Shown: positions 15,120 through 29,099, numbered from the whole stretch's first letter. The stretch is 63,783 bases of DNA, filler included, from Octopus bimaculoides (GCF_001194135.2; 5 parts of 5 records of this genome joined end to end with filler, not necessarily neighbours in it), one strand, 5' to 3'. Made by a program: numbers and translations. Notes: a model not told the origin generated them from the letters alone.

Positions 15120-15330
15120 GCAAATATACGCCATGATTAATCGCTGACCAAACACCATCCAATTTTTTTCTCCGTGTTTTTCTCCTTGTTTTCTCCGTAT
15201 TATTTCTGTTGAAGAGCGTAGCTCGAAACGTTAAAGACTTTCTGTATTCCCGAGGGTTAAACTAATACATACTTTTGTTGTTTACACCACCTGTCCTCGT
15301 CTGTTGTTGTTTTTTTCGTAAATTCCCCCA
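15120..15330 (+). mobile_element. Penelope-like terminal-repeat relic with minimal HHR motif (15203-15235)
   Basis: TTT-CTGTTGA-A-GAGC GTA GCTC-GAAACGTT-AAA; A6>U; homologous to 47165-47340. Confidence 0.55.
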
Positions 15331-15381
15331 TATATATATATGTGTGTGTGTGTATATATATACACACAAATACATGCATAC

Positions 15382-15471
<90 letters not shown>

Positions 15472-16696
15472 TTGTCTGAAAATCTACTGTAAGAGGTGCC
15501 ATATGTGTGTAGAAGAGTGCCAGTCCCTAGCAAGACAGAAATGTCAAATCCTTACTATGTTAAGAAAACAACGAAGCAATGACATTGCTTGAAATCGAGT
15601 TGCAGTCATTATGTATTTATGCTTGTATGTATGAACACGGGTGACGCAGAATTACCCTTTTTTGATGTCAGTGTACGCAGTAAAGTCACCATGTCCGAGA
15701 GTCTCCCACTGTTGGTCACTATCTATCTACGAGAGGATATTTCTGATATGAAGGTTGTGGTTTCACGTGATTATTAATCATCTCGCTTCGGTCTATGACT
15801 AGGTACTAATCATGGAGACTCAGACAGAAGTCCTTGTGTTATACAAGGTTTACCACTATAATCTAATGATGTATGGATGTCTCTTTATGAAGTTTTCATA
15901 TGTCGTTCAATGTACAGAAAGTCCTATGGCGATGAAAAAGGAGCGAACTGTGAAGACCTATCCAGTTGGGAACACGCAGGACGTTCGTCTGTCACCTATG
16001 CTTCAAACCTAGTAGATCTGCAATGGGAGCGAATAGTCAACTGAGAGGTCATGGGTGGAATGTCAGAAATGCCATTGACAACGAGGAAGCAGAAGGAGAC
16101 CTCAATCTACTCTATTGAAGGAACAATCATATGTACGTATATATGTATGTATGTATGTATGTATGTAGGTAGGTAGGTAGGTAGGTAGGTAGGTATTCAT
16201 GCACGTATAGATGTATATAAGCTTGCATGCTTGAGTTCAGGTACTTGCAACGGAGGTGGTAGAAACTGTGTTCAACGTCTGCTTTATATGGATATTATAT
16301 TCAGTTATTCGCTCAGTTTGGGGTTCACAGCAAGCGTACCACGGGACTTGTTGCCTTTTAGCTGTTGTCCTCTGCCCTATGAAGAACGATACCTCTTAAC
16401 AATAACATCTCATTAAGCCTGCTACATTAACTTTTCTCATAATCATTTTCTTTGACGAATATTTTCAAACATCTTACACTGCTACTTCACACCACACACA
16501 CACCCATAAACACATACACACACACATACACACTATTAAATCTACTGTGTGTTTTTGACAGTAGCCATTATATATTCATGGATGGAGACATTTTTCTTTT
16601 ACGCTTTTTTGTCTTTTTTGTCGAAAAATATGCATTTTATCTCACTGAATTAAATTTGAAATCTATTTATTTAAAAAAGAAAAGAAAAACATACCT

Positions 16697-16906
16697 ACAT
16701 ATCTGCTCTTTCTTTCTTATTTCATTTCGACTTCACCATATTAATTTCAATATTATCTAAATGTTCATGAATTTACAATATTTCTTTCCTTCTGTGTTCC
16801 TTTTCCCTGTCGTCTGCTCTTTCTATTTGAATTAATATTGTTACATCTCGTATGTGTCGTTCAATTTTAAAACTATTATTCCAAACGTTATCAATGCCTC
16901 TTAGAC
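16697..16906. repeat. ~205-bp direct duplication, copy 1
   Basis: Highly similar by eye to 18920-19121. Confidence 0.9.
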
Positions 16907-17959
16907 TTTTTTCTTTATTCTTCTTTATATTTTCCATTTCAGTTTTATATAGTACCACCTCCTAATTTTTCATTCTTATTCTTATTCTTCAAACTTATTG
17001 ATTTTCCTCCATTATCCCTAATATCCTCCTCCATTTTTTTCCACAACTCCTTCCCATTATTTCCATACTGTTATCAATTCTTTTGCTTTCTCTAGCCAGC
17101 TATCTAACTAACTATTCTTCCGTCCTTCTCCCCACCTCAATACAATATCTTTCTCCTTTACTCTCTTTCTTTTTCTTTCACTCTCTCACTCCCTTTCTTT
17201 CTCTCAACCACAACCACTCACCTTTTCATTCAACAGCAAGCCTAATACTTCTTTTTACCCCTTTTTAAAAAATATCTTTGTATTTCTTATTTCACCAGAT
17301 CAGTTGGCGTTAATGGAATGCATTTCAGATATTTAAAAGCTTTCTGTTCCAACAACACAGTATATTTAATATATTTTTCTTGTCTACATATCTCCTTTGT
17401 GATTTGATTACCACCTGCTGTTTAACACCGCTGCTTCCGTTACTACTATTACGACTGTTGTTGCCACTGTTAACGGGCTGACAATTTTTTTTTTATATAA
17501 TATTATGTTTTTGGCTTTTCTTTTCTTCTTGAGATATTCACCTAAAACTAAATGGATTAAGACTACTCTGCAAATTTCCCTCGGTGCTCAAAAGATTTCA
17601 AGTTCTACATGTAATGTTGAAGAAGGTGCCATTAATTATTCCAGAAGTTATAAAGTGAAGAATATGGAAAACAATATCGAGAAATCGACAAAATATATGG
17701 GAATCTGTATTGGGTTCAAACTTTAATCGATTTGATTTTGGAATGACATTGTTTAGAATGTAACAAAAACCATAGTGGAGCAAGTGTCTTCCTAACAGAC
17801 CAAATTCTTAACACGTGTTCGATTTCCAGTTGTAACTACAAGATGAATTTCAGAAACTTTGAAATTCTTTTAGGAGAGATTGCCATAACTATCCTAGACT
17901 ATTGTAATTGTAGTAAAACATTACTATACATCTAATAAAATTACCTGCCAACTTTTGTT

Positions 17960-18670
17960 ATTGCAGACTGAAGGAGACGGCTGTAACAACACTTTGAACG
18001 CACCCTACTAAACACTGCTTCACACAGCGGAATAGATTGCTGAATGCGGTCGGGATGCGTAGATAATTTTGAAGCTCGTTATGCAATAAACTTTTGTGTT
18101 AAACTAGGCGAAAGAAAATTATGAAATACTTCAGACTGTTCATGGATTAATTTTGTAAGAGACAAACTTTTGGTTTTCTCTTATAAAAAGCCCAGGCAAA
18201 ACAAGTATGCCGGGAAGCTCAGGACGATCCATGTTTCGACAGCAAGGGTATCATCTACATGTACTGGGCTCCGTCTAGCTTGAAGGTGAACGAAGAGTAC
18301 TTTGTGGAGGTTTTGAGAGAGTTCAGGAAGTGACTTCGTCGCAAAAGGCCGGAGCATTTGCACCAGAACAATGCACCAGTTCACAATTTCATCCTGATAA
18401 CCAATTTCTTGACAAAGATAAACATGGTAACTCTCTTTTACTCTCCTGCCATCGAAACCTTGCTCCCCGTGATTTTGGTTGTTTCCCAAATTGAGAGAGA
18501 AAACAAGATGAGACTCGCACAAGGGTTCTGGACACCTTCAGTATTGGAGGGCTTCCATGGGGCCTCTACGAATTGACCAAAGTTCCTACAACAATTACTT
18601 TGAAGTCAGAGGCTTCTACTTCGAAGGATATTCATGTTTTGTATTTCTCTGAAGTATTAATAAATGTCCC
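17960..18670 (+). mobile_element. Mariner relic, internally deleted
   Basis: RYAINFCVKLG; VNEEYFVEVLREFRK*LRRKRP; HQNNAPVH; DLAPxDF-like motif. Confidence 0.8.
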
Positions 18671-18919
18671 TCCTGAAGACATCTCACAAATTCTGCAATG
18701 CATTATTTCACTTAAACTACATGCACCCTTCAGGAGTCTATAACCATTGCAGTTCTTAATTTTCGGCTTCGAAAAGACATTAAAATTGAGCCGGGTAAAC
18801 GGCTCTTTGTTTCCTAGGACTCGAGGCAGATATCCAGGAATTAATGATGACGTGATGATGTTCAGCATCAGTACATGGCCTTTTGTTTTATTTAGTATGT
18901 TCTAGGATAAAATATTCCA

Positions 18920-19121
18920 ACATATCTGCTGTTTCTTATTTCATTTCGACTTCACCATATTAATTTCAGTATTATCTAAATGTTCATGAATTTACAATAT
19001 TTCTTTCCTTCTGCACTCCTTTTCCATGTCGTCTGCTCTTTCTATTTGAATTAATATTGTTATGTCTCGTATGTGTCGTTTAGTTTTAAACTATTCCCGA
19101 CGTTATCAATGCCTCTTAGAC
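18920..19121. repeat. ~205-bp direct duplication, copy 2
   Basis: See 16697-16906. Confidence 0.9.
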
Positions 19122-19185
19122 GTTTCATTTTGGATCAGTCTCTAAGCTAATGACACCTTCTTTCTTACATTCTACGGGTTACTCG

Positions 19186-19486
19186 TTAGGGTAATAGGCT
19201 CGTGATCGTAAGCCACTGAGATCGATATCCGGCTGGGATTTGTGTCCTCCAGCAAGTCGCTTTATTTCACGTTTTTCCAGTTCACTCGGCTGGCAAAAAT
19301 GAGTTGTACCTCCATTTCAAAGGGCCAGTCTTGTCACGTTCTGTGTCACGCTGAATCTCCACGAGAAATACGTTAAGGGTACACGCGTCTGTGGAGTGCT
19401 CAGCCACTTGCACGTTAATTTCACAAGCAGGCTGTTCCATTGATGCGATCTACTGGAACCCTCGTCGTCGTAATCGACGGAGTGCC
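19186..19486 (+). mobile_element. tRNA-derived SINE family C (CORE-SINE-like)
   Basis: gtgtcctccagcaag..ctttatttcacg...ccagttcactcggctggc...ggagtgcc. Confidence 0.85.
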
Positions 19487-19979
19487 AATTTACCTTCAAC
19501 ACAGCTTGGAGGCCCAGCACAGATCAAAGAGTCACGCGCTGTATCTTTCCTTCTTTCACGAATCAAAAGCAGCAACAACAACAGCAACAACAACAACAAA
19601 GAAACACAACAACAAAGAAGAAAACTACCGTCGTCGATATAATCAATCATTTCCTCCTACTCATATATATGGCCTTGTTCGTATATTTGAATCACCTGTT
19701 GATTGACACGTCTGAACACGAAAGGTCACTAAATTGATTGGATTTGTCGCATTGTTTCTCTCTGATAATCTTTATACATCCGACTTTATCTTTTCCTGAC
19801 ACACAATATAAATATGTAATGCATTTTATACACGAACAATACGATAATATAATATAATGGCAGAAGTAAAGAAAATTTAGTGAGACAAAACACAAGCGAT
19901 AAATTAACATGTATGTGTGGGTATGTTTATATAAAGATGTGTGTGTGTGTGTGATGTTGAGTGAAATTTTTGCAATATT

Positions 19980-20220
19980 ATCGCTCGGATTATTATTTGT
20001 TGCGATCCCTGTCTCACTCCCTTCGCTCGTGACACAACATCTACGAAGGAGAGGTGGAAGATTTAGTGAAGGAGTTCTTCCCTTCGATAGACAAGAACTG
20101 GTATCAGAGCAGAATCAGAGAACTAGTAGAAATCGGTCGGTGCAACACGATGGCCTCTGCTTTGAATGTTATGCTGCTTTTGTCGTAACTTGAAGAATAA
20201 AACAAATAAGTTACCGAAAT
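19980..20220 (+). mobile_element. Mariner 3' relic
   Basis: SDYYLLRSLSH...LVKEFFPSIDKNWYQSRIRELVE...QHDGLCFE. Confidence 0.7.
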
Positions 20221-20656
20221 ATTCTTTTCTATTCTAGGCACAAAGCCCGAAATTTTGGGGGAAAAGCGCCACTCGATTAGATCGACCCCAGTACGCAACT
20301 GGTACTTAATTTATCGACCCCGAAAGAATGAAAGGCAAAGTCGACCTCGGTGGAATTTGAACTCAGAACATAAAGACAGATGAAATACCGCTAAGCATTT
20401 CACTCGGTGTGCTAACCTTTCTTATTTCTTTACTGTCCACAAGAGGCTAAACAAAGAGGGGACAAACAAGGACAGACAAACGGATGGATTAAGTCGATTA
20501 CATTGACCCCAGTGTGTAACTCCTACTTAATTTATCGACCCCGAAAGAATGAAAGCCAAAGTCGACATCGGTGGAATTTGAATTCAGAACGTGACGGTAG
20601 ACGAAATACCACTAAGCATTTCGCCCATCGTGCTAACGTTTCTACCAGCTTGCAGC
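20218..20656 (-). mobile_element. SINE family B with internal tandem duplication
   Basis: Two consecutive atcgaccccgaaagaatgaaag..gtcgac..ggaatttgaa units. Confidence 0.85.
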
Positions 20657-20749
20657 CAAGTTACCAAAATATTGCAAAACATTTGACTCAAACACCATGT
20701 ATAATCTTTTTTTTTTTCATGCCTTTATGCATTTCAGCCGAATGGCTGT

Positions 20750-21780
20750 GGTCATACTGGAGCATTGCTAGTGCCATCACCAATTCAATGGCTTTTTGTG
20801 AAGAAAGATATCTAATATTGCTGTCCTCTTTGAAGTTACTAGCCGTGATGCAAGTTTATCTGGGATCTTGGACAGCAGAACATCAATTTCCTCGTTGAAA
20901 AGATCTACCTCACTCTATGTAGATCTCAGTTTTGTTTGGTAACAAATGGAATAGCTGGGTGAAATAACATTGAATCCTAATCATTAGCAGTTTCTGGTCC
21001 TCAGTCTTGAAGGAATGGGAGGGACCTTTGAAACAGTGCAAAGGCGTCCTGCTTGGGGCATGGTATATCCTTAGATACCAAAGTCTGGTGTCAGCTCTTC
21101 GAGCAACTCTCATATGCATATCACTGCACCTCGCTCTCGCCATCACTTAAGAGAGTAGAGTCGTAATTCTTTCAGTCACTTTCAACAGGTTCATTGATGC
21201 AATCTTCCTGGTGTAGCACCGCTGAACTTCCACGAGTTACGTTATTAATTATGAACGTAGTTGAGACGGCTGGGGACAAACGTCATCCATAGCACCAGCA
21301 TCATTGACTGGTCTCTTGTGAAAGTTCTCATTCTCCTGCTCGTTCTGGTCATGAACTGCGTTTTGACCAAGGGATTGCCTCTCCTTTTTCATCTATAGAG
21401 TCTTTGTGGTGGCGTGTTAGCACAAGCTGGTTGGTAGTGAAGTTGTAATTTTCCTGCTTTAAATCTCATGTTGTTTTCCATAGCCCATTTATATATGGCA
21501 TCTAGGATTTTCTGCAGAAAATTGCATCAGGCTTGACTACTTTTGATAATTTTGTGTCGTCAGCATTGATAGTAAGTGTGGCTGTCTGTATAACTGATAG
21601 CATATCCAAGAGAGCCATCAGAAATAGTAGCGATCCCAAAAAGTTCTCTGAGGCACTCCACTGATATTAATACTTCTCTGAAGAGAAACGCATCGACTAC
21701 CACAACTGCTTTTGTTTTTTAAGAAATCATGTAATCAATGATAACTACTTGAGTTGCAAGTATGGAGCTCTTAGACCCTT
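20750..21780 (-). mobile_element. CR1/L2-like LINE, RT C-terminal fragment
   Basis: SGVPQ..LGSLLFLMA, NADDTK, LKELRLYSL...RER motifs on the minus strand. Confidence 0.8.
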
Positions 21781-21782
21781 TT

Positions 21783-23300
21783 AAATCATTTTTTCCTTAA
21801 CCAGTCCCACCTTCGTTCTTCAGCAACTTCACTTGTGACTACATAGAATTGATTGCGTAGTCTCCTGTCGAATAGTGTCTTCATGACTTTCTTATACTTT
21901 TTGTTTTGTTCTATCCTTTTTGTTGCTTTCAATATGCCTTCATCGCGAACTACCACTAACAAGGCTTCCTCAGTTTGGGTTAGATATCTCAGCAGGATTC
22001 CATGTTCGATATGTATGCAGTATTCCACACTTATGAGACACCTTTGAACATTTACTCTCTTCCTTCATAGATGATCTAACTCTGCACATAGGTGATGAGC
22101 TCCATGCACTGTTAGGAGCTTCTTTAGTCTTCCTCTCCAACTCCTATAACTCTTTCCACTTTATAATTCTAGCTCCATACCGAACCAATGCAACCGCGCG
22201 AGAGTTATACAGCGGAAATTATATATGTTTATGGTATTCAACTTTGAATCCAATATCAATCGCTGCATATACTCTGCAGCGATTGATATTTACTCTGTTT
22301 TTATATCTTACCTTTCATATCATCATGCGTAATTCCATCTGCCTCAAAGATACACAGGTATTTAAATCCGGGTTGACGTTCAATTGCCTTCATAATTTCA
22401 CAACTTGACACATATATTCCTTTAGTTCTAATTAAGTTCAACCACCATCTTGTTTTCATCCAAGTCAGTCTGCACAGGATAGACTAGGCGCTGTTCAGTT
22501 CTGTGTCACTTTTTCTGAACAACTTCAAATCATCCACGATTAAGATTTCCTTTAATACTTCCAAGATCATACACCATCTTTGTCTTCCGCAGTATTTCCC
22601 CACAAGAAAATCATTCTCAGCACAAAGACCAGTGGGGATACACTGTCTCTATGGAAGATTCCTCTCCCGATTTTCACTTCACTGCTGTGAATTCGGTTTT
22701 CCAAAATTTCATACTCTTAGATATTAGGTTTCTCCTGTTTTGTGTTACGCCTTATATTTCCATAGTTCTTGGTATCCAAGCGTGCGTTATCATGTCATAT
22801 GTTTTACGATAATCAATCCATGTCATGCTCAGATGCCTGTGCCTTGTCTTGCGATTGTCAGTTCACAGCTAGTCGTTCAATACCTCGCTCTTCTTTCGAC
22901 ATCCTTTCTGTTCAATCGGGAGCAGCCCCACATTTTTTTTCGAAGTATCGATACAATCCACCGGTCAAAACATCTGAAAGTAGTTTCCACATTAGCGAGA
23001 TAAACATTATAGGTCAAAAGTTGGATACAATGTTACCCTTCTCAAGATCCTTAATACGTAACAATGTCTTTCCTTTTGTCACTCAGCTGGGTACTGAGTC
23101 TTCCCGTAACAAGCACTTATCCAGCTGTTCTGCTATCTTTTCATGGAACCCTTTCAAATACTTCATCAATATCTTTAGTCATCCTCCAGTCGGGCTACAG
23201 CAAATAGTTGCTTGTCCTTCACCATCTGAGCATGTGTTTCTCTGGCCAAAGACAGGAGTAGTATGGAAGTATATTTTTACCCCAGTGTCACTTTGATGAC
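21783..23300 (-). mobile_element. R4/Dong-like (RLE-type) LINE, RT fragment
   Basis: KDLEKGNIVSNF*PI, LSMTWIDYRKTYDM, IFHRDSVSPL, HGAHH..ELDHL, WDWLRK motifs. Confidence 0.8.
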
Positions 23301-23344
23301 ATGCGCTGTTCTCATTCAATAATGATAATAATAATAATGCTTCT

Positions 23345-23525
23345 TATTAAAGGTACAATGCCTGAAATTTGGTGGGGTGTGGTCGATTAAATCAACCCCA
23401 GTGTCTCATTGGTACTTAATTTATCGACCCCGAAAGGATGAAAGGCAAAGTCGACGTCGGTGGAATTTGAACTCAGAACGTGGCAACGGAAGAAATGCTA
23501 CTAAGCATTTTGCCCGGCGTGCTCG
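23345..23525 (-). mobile_element. SINE family B
   Basis: Same core motif. Confidence 0.8.
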
Positions 23526-23532
23526 ATGCCTC

Positions 23533-23574
<42 letters not shown>

Positions 23575-23779
23575 TTTTCCGGCTCTTTACTTTCTGCAGG
23601 AGTTGATGAAATAAAGTAGCAGTTGAGCACTGGTGTCGCTAATCGACTACCTCCCTACCACAAAGTTTCGGGCTCTGAACCTGTAGTACAAAACTTATCA
23701 ACACCATCATCATTATAAAGCTAGTATATGCTAATTTAATTAAAAGGTATGTTCTCTGGGGGTTAAATAATTGATGTCT

Positions 23780-24045
23780 CCTCAAATCTCGGGATTCTTT
23801 CTTGGAATTCTGCAGATTATAGGATGATATATTCGTCTGCTGGTTCACGAGTTCCATTTCCAATATCTTCCAACCTTTTTGGTAGCATTTTGGGTGTTGT
23901 GCTAATCACACCAATTTCCACAGGAATAATTGTTGTCTTAGTCTTTCTCAATTTCTTCAGCGCCCTACTTAGATCCTGATATTTCCGAATTTCTCATTTC
24001 CTTTGGTACTGACACTGTTATCATTGGTGTTTATAAAGTCTCCGA
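23780..24045 (-). mobile_element. RLE-type LINE C-terminal endonuclease fragment
   Basis: EKFG/KYQDL-like and TTIIPVEIGVI motifs, typical of the R4-like C-terminus. Confidence 0.6.
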
Positions 24046-24142
24046 TCTTAAGGCAACATTCTGGCAGAACAGTTAGCACGCCGGATAAAATGCTTAGTGG
24101 TATTTGCAGAAGGATCTGTACCAATATGGGCTGATATAAATT

Positions 24143-24400
24143 GGCACTCCGTCGCTTGCAACGATGAGGGTTCCAGCTGATCCGATAAATGGAACAGACT
24201 GCTCGTAAAATTAACGTGCAAGTGGCTGAGCACTCCACAGACACGCGTACTATTAATGTCGTTCTCAGGGAGATTCAGGGTGACACAGAATGTGAGAAGA
24301 CTGGTCTTTTGAAGTACAGGTACAACTCATTTTTGTCAGCTGAGTGGACTGGAGCAACGTGAAATAAAATATCTTGCTCAAGGACACAACACACTTTCAC
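24143..24400 (-). mobile_element. SINE family C
   Basis: Reverse complement matches 19186-19486. Confidence 0.85.
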
Positions 24401-24474
24401 TGACATACGGTTAAACAGAAACAAATGAAAAAGGATTTCATTCCTATGTGAATATTAAGAAAAGCTTGTAAAAT

Positions 24475-24695
24475 AAATGCTATTTCTACTCTAGACGCAA
24501 GGCCCTGAAAATTTTGAGGAAGGCGACTAGTCGATTGCATCGGCCCCAGTGTTTCACTGGTACTTAATTTATCTACCCCGAAAGGATAAAAGGTAAGGTC
24601 GACTTCAGGGGAATTTGAACTCAGATCGTAATGACGGACGAAATACATGTGTGCATTTCGTCCGGCGTGCTAGAAAGGCTGTTAGCTCGCCGCAT
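24475..24695 (-). mobile_element. SINE family B
   Basis: Same core motif. Confidence 0.8.
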
Positions 24696-24913
24696 TTGTG
24701 AAATAAATACACCAATTAAAAGAGTCCGTGAGATATCATATTCTCTCTGCTCATTAAACAGAAAGGACAAAAAGAAAACTTGTAGGTTTCACTCAACGTA
24801 AGTATTGCTAAGGTAGGACAATAACTTGTAAGATTGACTTCATATATGCCACGGAGTTTAGCTTTAATATGCGGGGTATTTTCTTTAATGTATTTCCTTA
24901 CCATTGATAGTAA

Positions 24914-25207
24914 AGACGGGTGGCTTAATGGTTAAAGTATTCGGCTCACGATCGTAAATTTCTGAGCTCGATTCCCGGTGATACATTGTTTCCCTTCCGA
25001 GACACATTGCTCCAGTCCTGTCAGATGGCAAAGAGAAGTAGTACCGGTAATTTAAATGGCCATTATTTTCTCATTCTGTGTCATACTGAATGTCTTTAGG
25101 AGTACATTAAAGGTACACTTGTCTGTTGAGAACTCATCCACTTAGAAGTTAATTTTACGAGCAGGCTGATCAACTGGAACCCTCGTCGTCGTAACCGAAA
25201 CAGCACC
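24914..25207 (+). mobile_element. SINE family C
   Basis: A-box tggcttaatgg, B-box gagctcgattccc. Confidence 0.8.
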
Positions 25208-26369
25208 AGATGCTGAGATGTATAAATCGCTAATAAATTTTATTCTTTATGAAAATAATTTGCCCTCACTAACACTACTCATTATCAAATAACCTTATAA
25301 TAATTATACCAAAGTGAACTGTGTACGAATAACAGCACTAAATAAACTTGGAATTATTTAGTTTACAGATCAATTCCTAACAATGGCAAGTTTGGCTGCC
25401 ATACAGTAATTTGATTTCCATTTTGTCGATAATTAATCCATGTTAATCACTGTGCAGACATATCAATTATGTGTCAGCAACGGTAGAAGTAAACTATGTG
25501 TCATTTAGACTGTATTCATTTATATAATTCAGTAACACGGTGGAGCGGTGTAAATGGTCGAATCGATTAAGCCGAGTTACTCTGTACGAATGGTCAATGG
25601 TTCCTATCGCATTTTGAACTGTTTCATACCATTTCTAACTTCATTTGTCAAGTTAATGTCAGATAGATAGGAAGATTAGAACTGCCTATATGTTTCAAGC
25701 AAACGTAGAATTAATTGCCATATGTATACTATCATCATGAGAGACTTTTCTAACCTTGTTCGTTTTGAAGATCACTGAATATATGAACTCCACATTGTGG
25801 GTTTAGGGAGCAATATGCTGGACTAGCTTTCCACTGCTATCTTCAGACCGACAGTGGATAGTTGAACACAGAACTGAATACAACGGACACTTTCCTATTC
25901 TAAATTATTTCCGGTAGCTTCGTATTTCTAGCATTGACTTCATACGCACCATTTAGATCTTCCAATTTTATAAATTCCCTACATCTATAACAACAACATG
26001 TTTTATTATAGCTAAGTTTCCACTTCCTTCTTCTCTTGAAAGCTTGGGATTTCACAGATCTTCTTTAATATTTAATATTTAATATTCACATCAATTACAT
26101 GTATAATCTGATTAGCAGATTTAACGATATTAACTTAATCAGCCCTCCTGTGTCAATCCTCGAATCCTTCTGAAACTCAAGTCAGTAGAGAAAATGTTAA
26201 AGTATCATAGAGTCATATACTCAAAAATTTCAAAGGAAGACAGAACTCGAACTGACCAATTAAAACGCATGCTCATATACGTTTACTGAAGGGATTTCAT
26301 AAAATGAAAATGCTAAATATTTTTCCATCTTAAGTGAGAGTTAAAACTAGAAATATAATGCTATATTGT

Positions 26370-26655
26370 TTTCTACTCTAGGCACACAGCCCGAGATTTT
26401 GGGGGAGCGAGCCTGTCGATTAGATCAACCCCAGGACGCAACTGGTACTTAATGTATCGACCCCGAAAGGCTGAAAGGCAAAGTCAAACTCGGCAGGATT
26501 TGAACTCAGAACGTAAAGATAGACGAAATATCGCTAAGCATTTCGCCCGGCGTGCAAACGTTTCTTCTTTCTTTTTTATTGCCCACAAAGGGCTAAACAT
26601 AGAGTGGACAAACAAGGACAGGCAAAGGGATTAAGTCGATTACATCGACCCCAGA
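26370..26655 (-). mobile_element. SINE family B
   Basis: Same core motif. Confidence 0.85.
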
Positions 26656-27989
26656 ATCTAAGCTCATCTATGTTTTAATTCTTAATGTCAATTCTATATG
26701 AATAGGATAAGTATTAGTTAATGTGTGCCAGTCATAATGACAAGAAATTATAGTATTTACCAATTAACTGACGAGGAACCGCGTCAACACAGTCTCAGTA
26801 CTGGGGTCGATGTGATCGATTTACTGCCCCCACTTCCTCACGAAATTACCGGCCTTGTGACAAAATTCGAAACCAATGTCATGTAATGATGTCGACTGAA
26901 CACGAACCACCGATACCTTACTCACCAAAGAGATACTATCGGCTCGGTGATGCAAACACATACGTGTTTGGGTGCGTATATGTATGTACGGGATTATCTG
27001 TGTACGTGTTTGTTTTACGTTTATTCTAGCTATCATCAGTTAATGCATTCAATATATAACCGAGATTTTCAAATAAAATTCTGAGATTTTTGTACTCTAT
27101 ACATTTGAGAACAAAGTGCACACATCACCCACGCCCCATAACAAATAATTCCCACCACATTTCCCCCATTCATATTAACTGGATCTCTATTCCGAATGAA
27201 CCTTCCCAATGCTGCTTTATTATACAAGAAATAATTACTTTATTTCCTCTATTTATGTCAACTTCTGTTTTCTCTAATTTGATGTAATTAGTGCATTTAT
27301 TTCCATAGTCACCTTCGGTAAACTAAGAACTTTTAACGACTTACAGTGAATAAGGCGTGCAAAAACTAAGCCCAAACATTACAATAACAAAAAACTAACA
27401 AGTTACAACAACTACAACGAACAAACCAACAGAGTTACATCTCCTTTCAGTTCAGAAAAGAACCCGACGTCATTCACTAACACCAACCATCGCCCTGAAT
27501 GTTTTATTGCTTATTGTTTCGCCATCATTAAGGATACTAAACAGAATGTAGTATACAAACAATCGTGTGTTAATTTGCTGGACTCAATTAAGAAACGTAT
27601 GCCGGGTCAATGAAAGAAACAGAGATAACAATAACAATATAACTCTGAAGTGAAACTATTATTTATAAAAAGGAAAATCTCCCAAGCTTTTTACAGAAGA
27701 GCAAACAAGGCTACTGTAACCATATTCAACTTGGAAATAGATTTATATAGTCCTTCTCATAATGCAAATTGTCGCTAGAGGTGCAGCAATAAGGAAGAAA
27801 AGAGAAAATGGAGAAATAAAAGCTGTTACACAAAATGTTATAATTGTACAAATATTAATTTACCGAAGACATTTTGATGCCACTCACAGCAAGATAAGCA
27901 CACACTGAAACAGGTATAGGAATATAATCACACGCACACATAAACAGACACACACACATGCATATATATATATATGTGCGTGTATGTGT

Positions 27990-28024
<35 letters not shown>

Positions 28025-28554
28025 TGTATATGTATATATATATATATATATGTATGTATATNNNNNNNNNNNNNNNNNNNNNNNNNNNNNNNNNNNNNNN
28101 NNNNNNNNNNNNNNNNNNNNNNNNNNNNNNNNNNNNNNNNNNNNNNNNNNNNNNNNNNNNNNNNNNNNNNNNNNNNNNNNNNNNNNNNNNNNNNNNNNNN
28201 NNNNNNNNNNNNNNNNNNNNNNNNNNNNNNNNNNNNNNNNNNNNNNNNNNNNNNNNNNNNNNNNNNNNNNNNNNNNNNNNNNNNNNNNNNNNNNNNNNNN
28301 NNNNNNNNNNNNNNNNNNNNNNNNNNNNNNNNNNNNNNNNNNNNNNNNNNNNNNNNNNNNNNNNNNNNNNNNNNNNNNNNNNNNNNNNNNNNNNNNNNNN
28401 NNNNNNNNNNNNNNNNNNNNNNNNNNNNNNNNNNNNNNNNNNNNNNNNNNNNNNNNNNNNNNNNNNNNNNNNNNNNNNNNNNNNNNNNNNNNNNNNNNNN
28501 NNNNNNNNNNNNNNNNNNNNNNNNNNNNNNNNNNNNNNNNNNNNNNNNNNNNNN

Positions 28555-28606
<52 letters not shown>

Positions 28607-28651
28607 CAGGCACACAGAATCAGGAAGACGTGTGTATGCGTTGGACGTACG

Positions 28652-28691
<40 letters not shown>

Positions 28692-29099
28692 ATACGTATT
28701 TGTATATAAATATAAATGGCATATATAGGCATATATAGGCATATACAATCGAGCGTGCGTGTGAGAGTCATTGCGCATGTGTTTACTTTTAATATAAATG
28801 TAGATGAATATACATGTGTTCCAGTACTTTCGACTTAGTTGATCTGCATCTCAATTGAAATGTAGATTAATTAAATGAAACTACTTCTATTAATTATACA
28901 GCGAAAAGGGTATAAAGTGAAGGAGCGTGATAAATGCAGGGAGTGCTGGTTTGATTGAATCAATAGACAGGTGTGAATATGTATTATAATGATAATTTCG
29001 TCCCTTATTTCCTAATTTCGAATCCAGTTACTGGTTGACTAAAATATCAATCTTTCCATAGTAAAAAGAAAAGAATATGGAAAATGTAGTCATTTTTAG

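Noticed and set aside
15589-16120. Possible very old RTE 3' fragment (LYKVY...LMMYGC)
   Set aside because: Similarity too weak to call.
22769-23296. 175-aa plus-strand ORF
   Set aside because: Antisense shadow of the R4-like RT.
26766-26800. CTGACGAG hammerhead-like start
   Set aside because: No GAAA or stem II; interrupted by a SINE.
27864-27904. 41-nt minus-strand micro-exon candidate (ttcag/...TCG/gtaaat)
   Set aside because: Only splice-like signals; no recognisable product.
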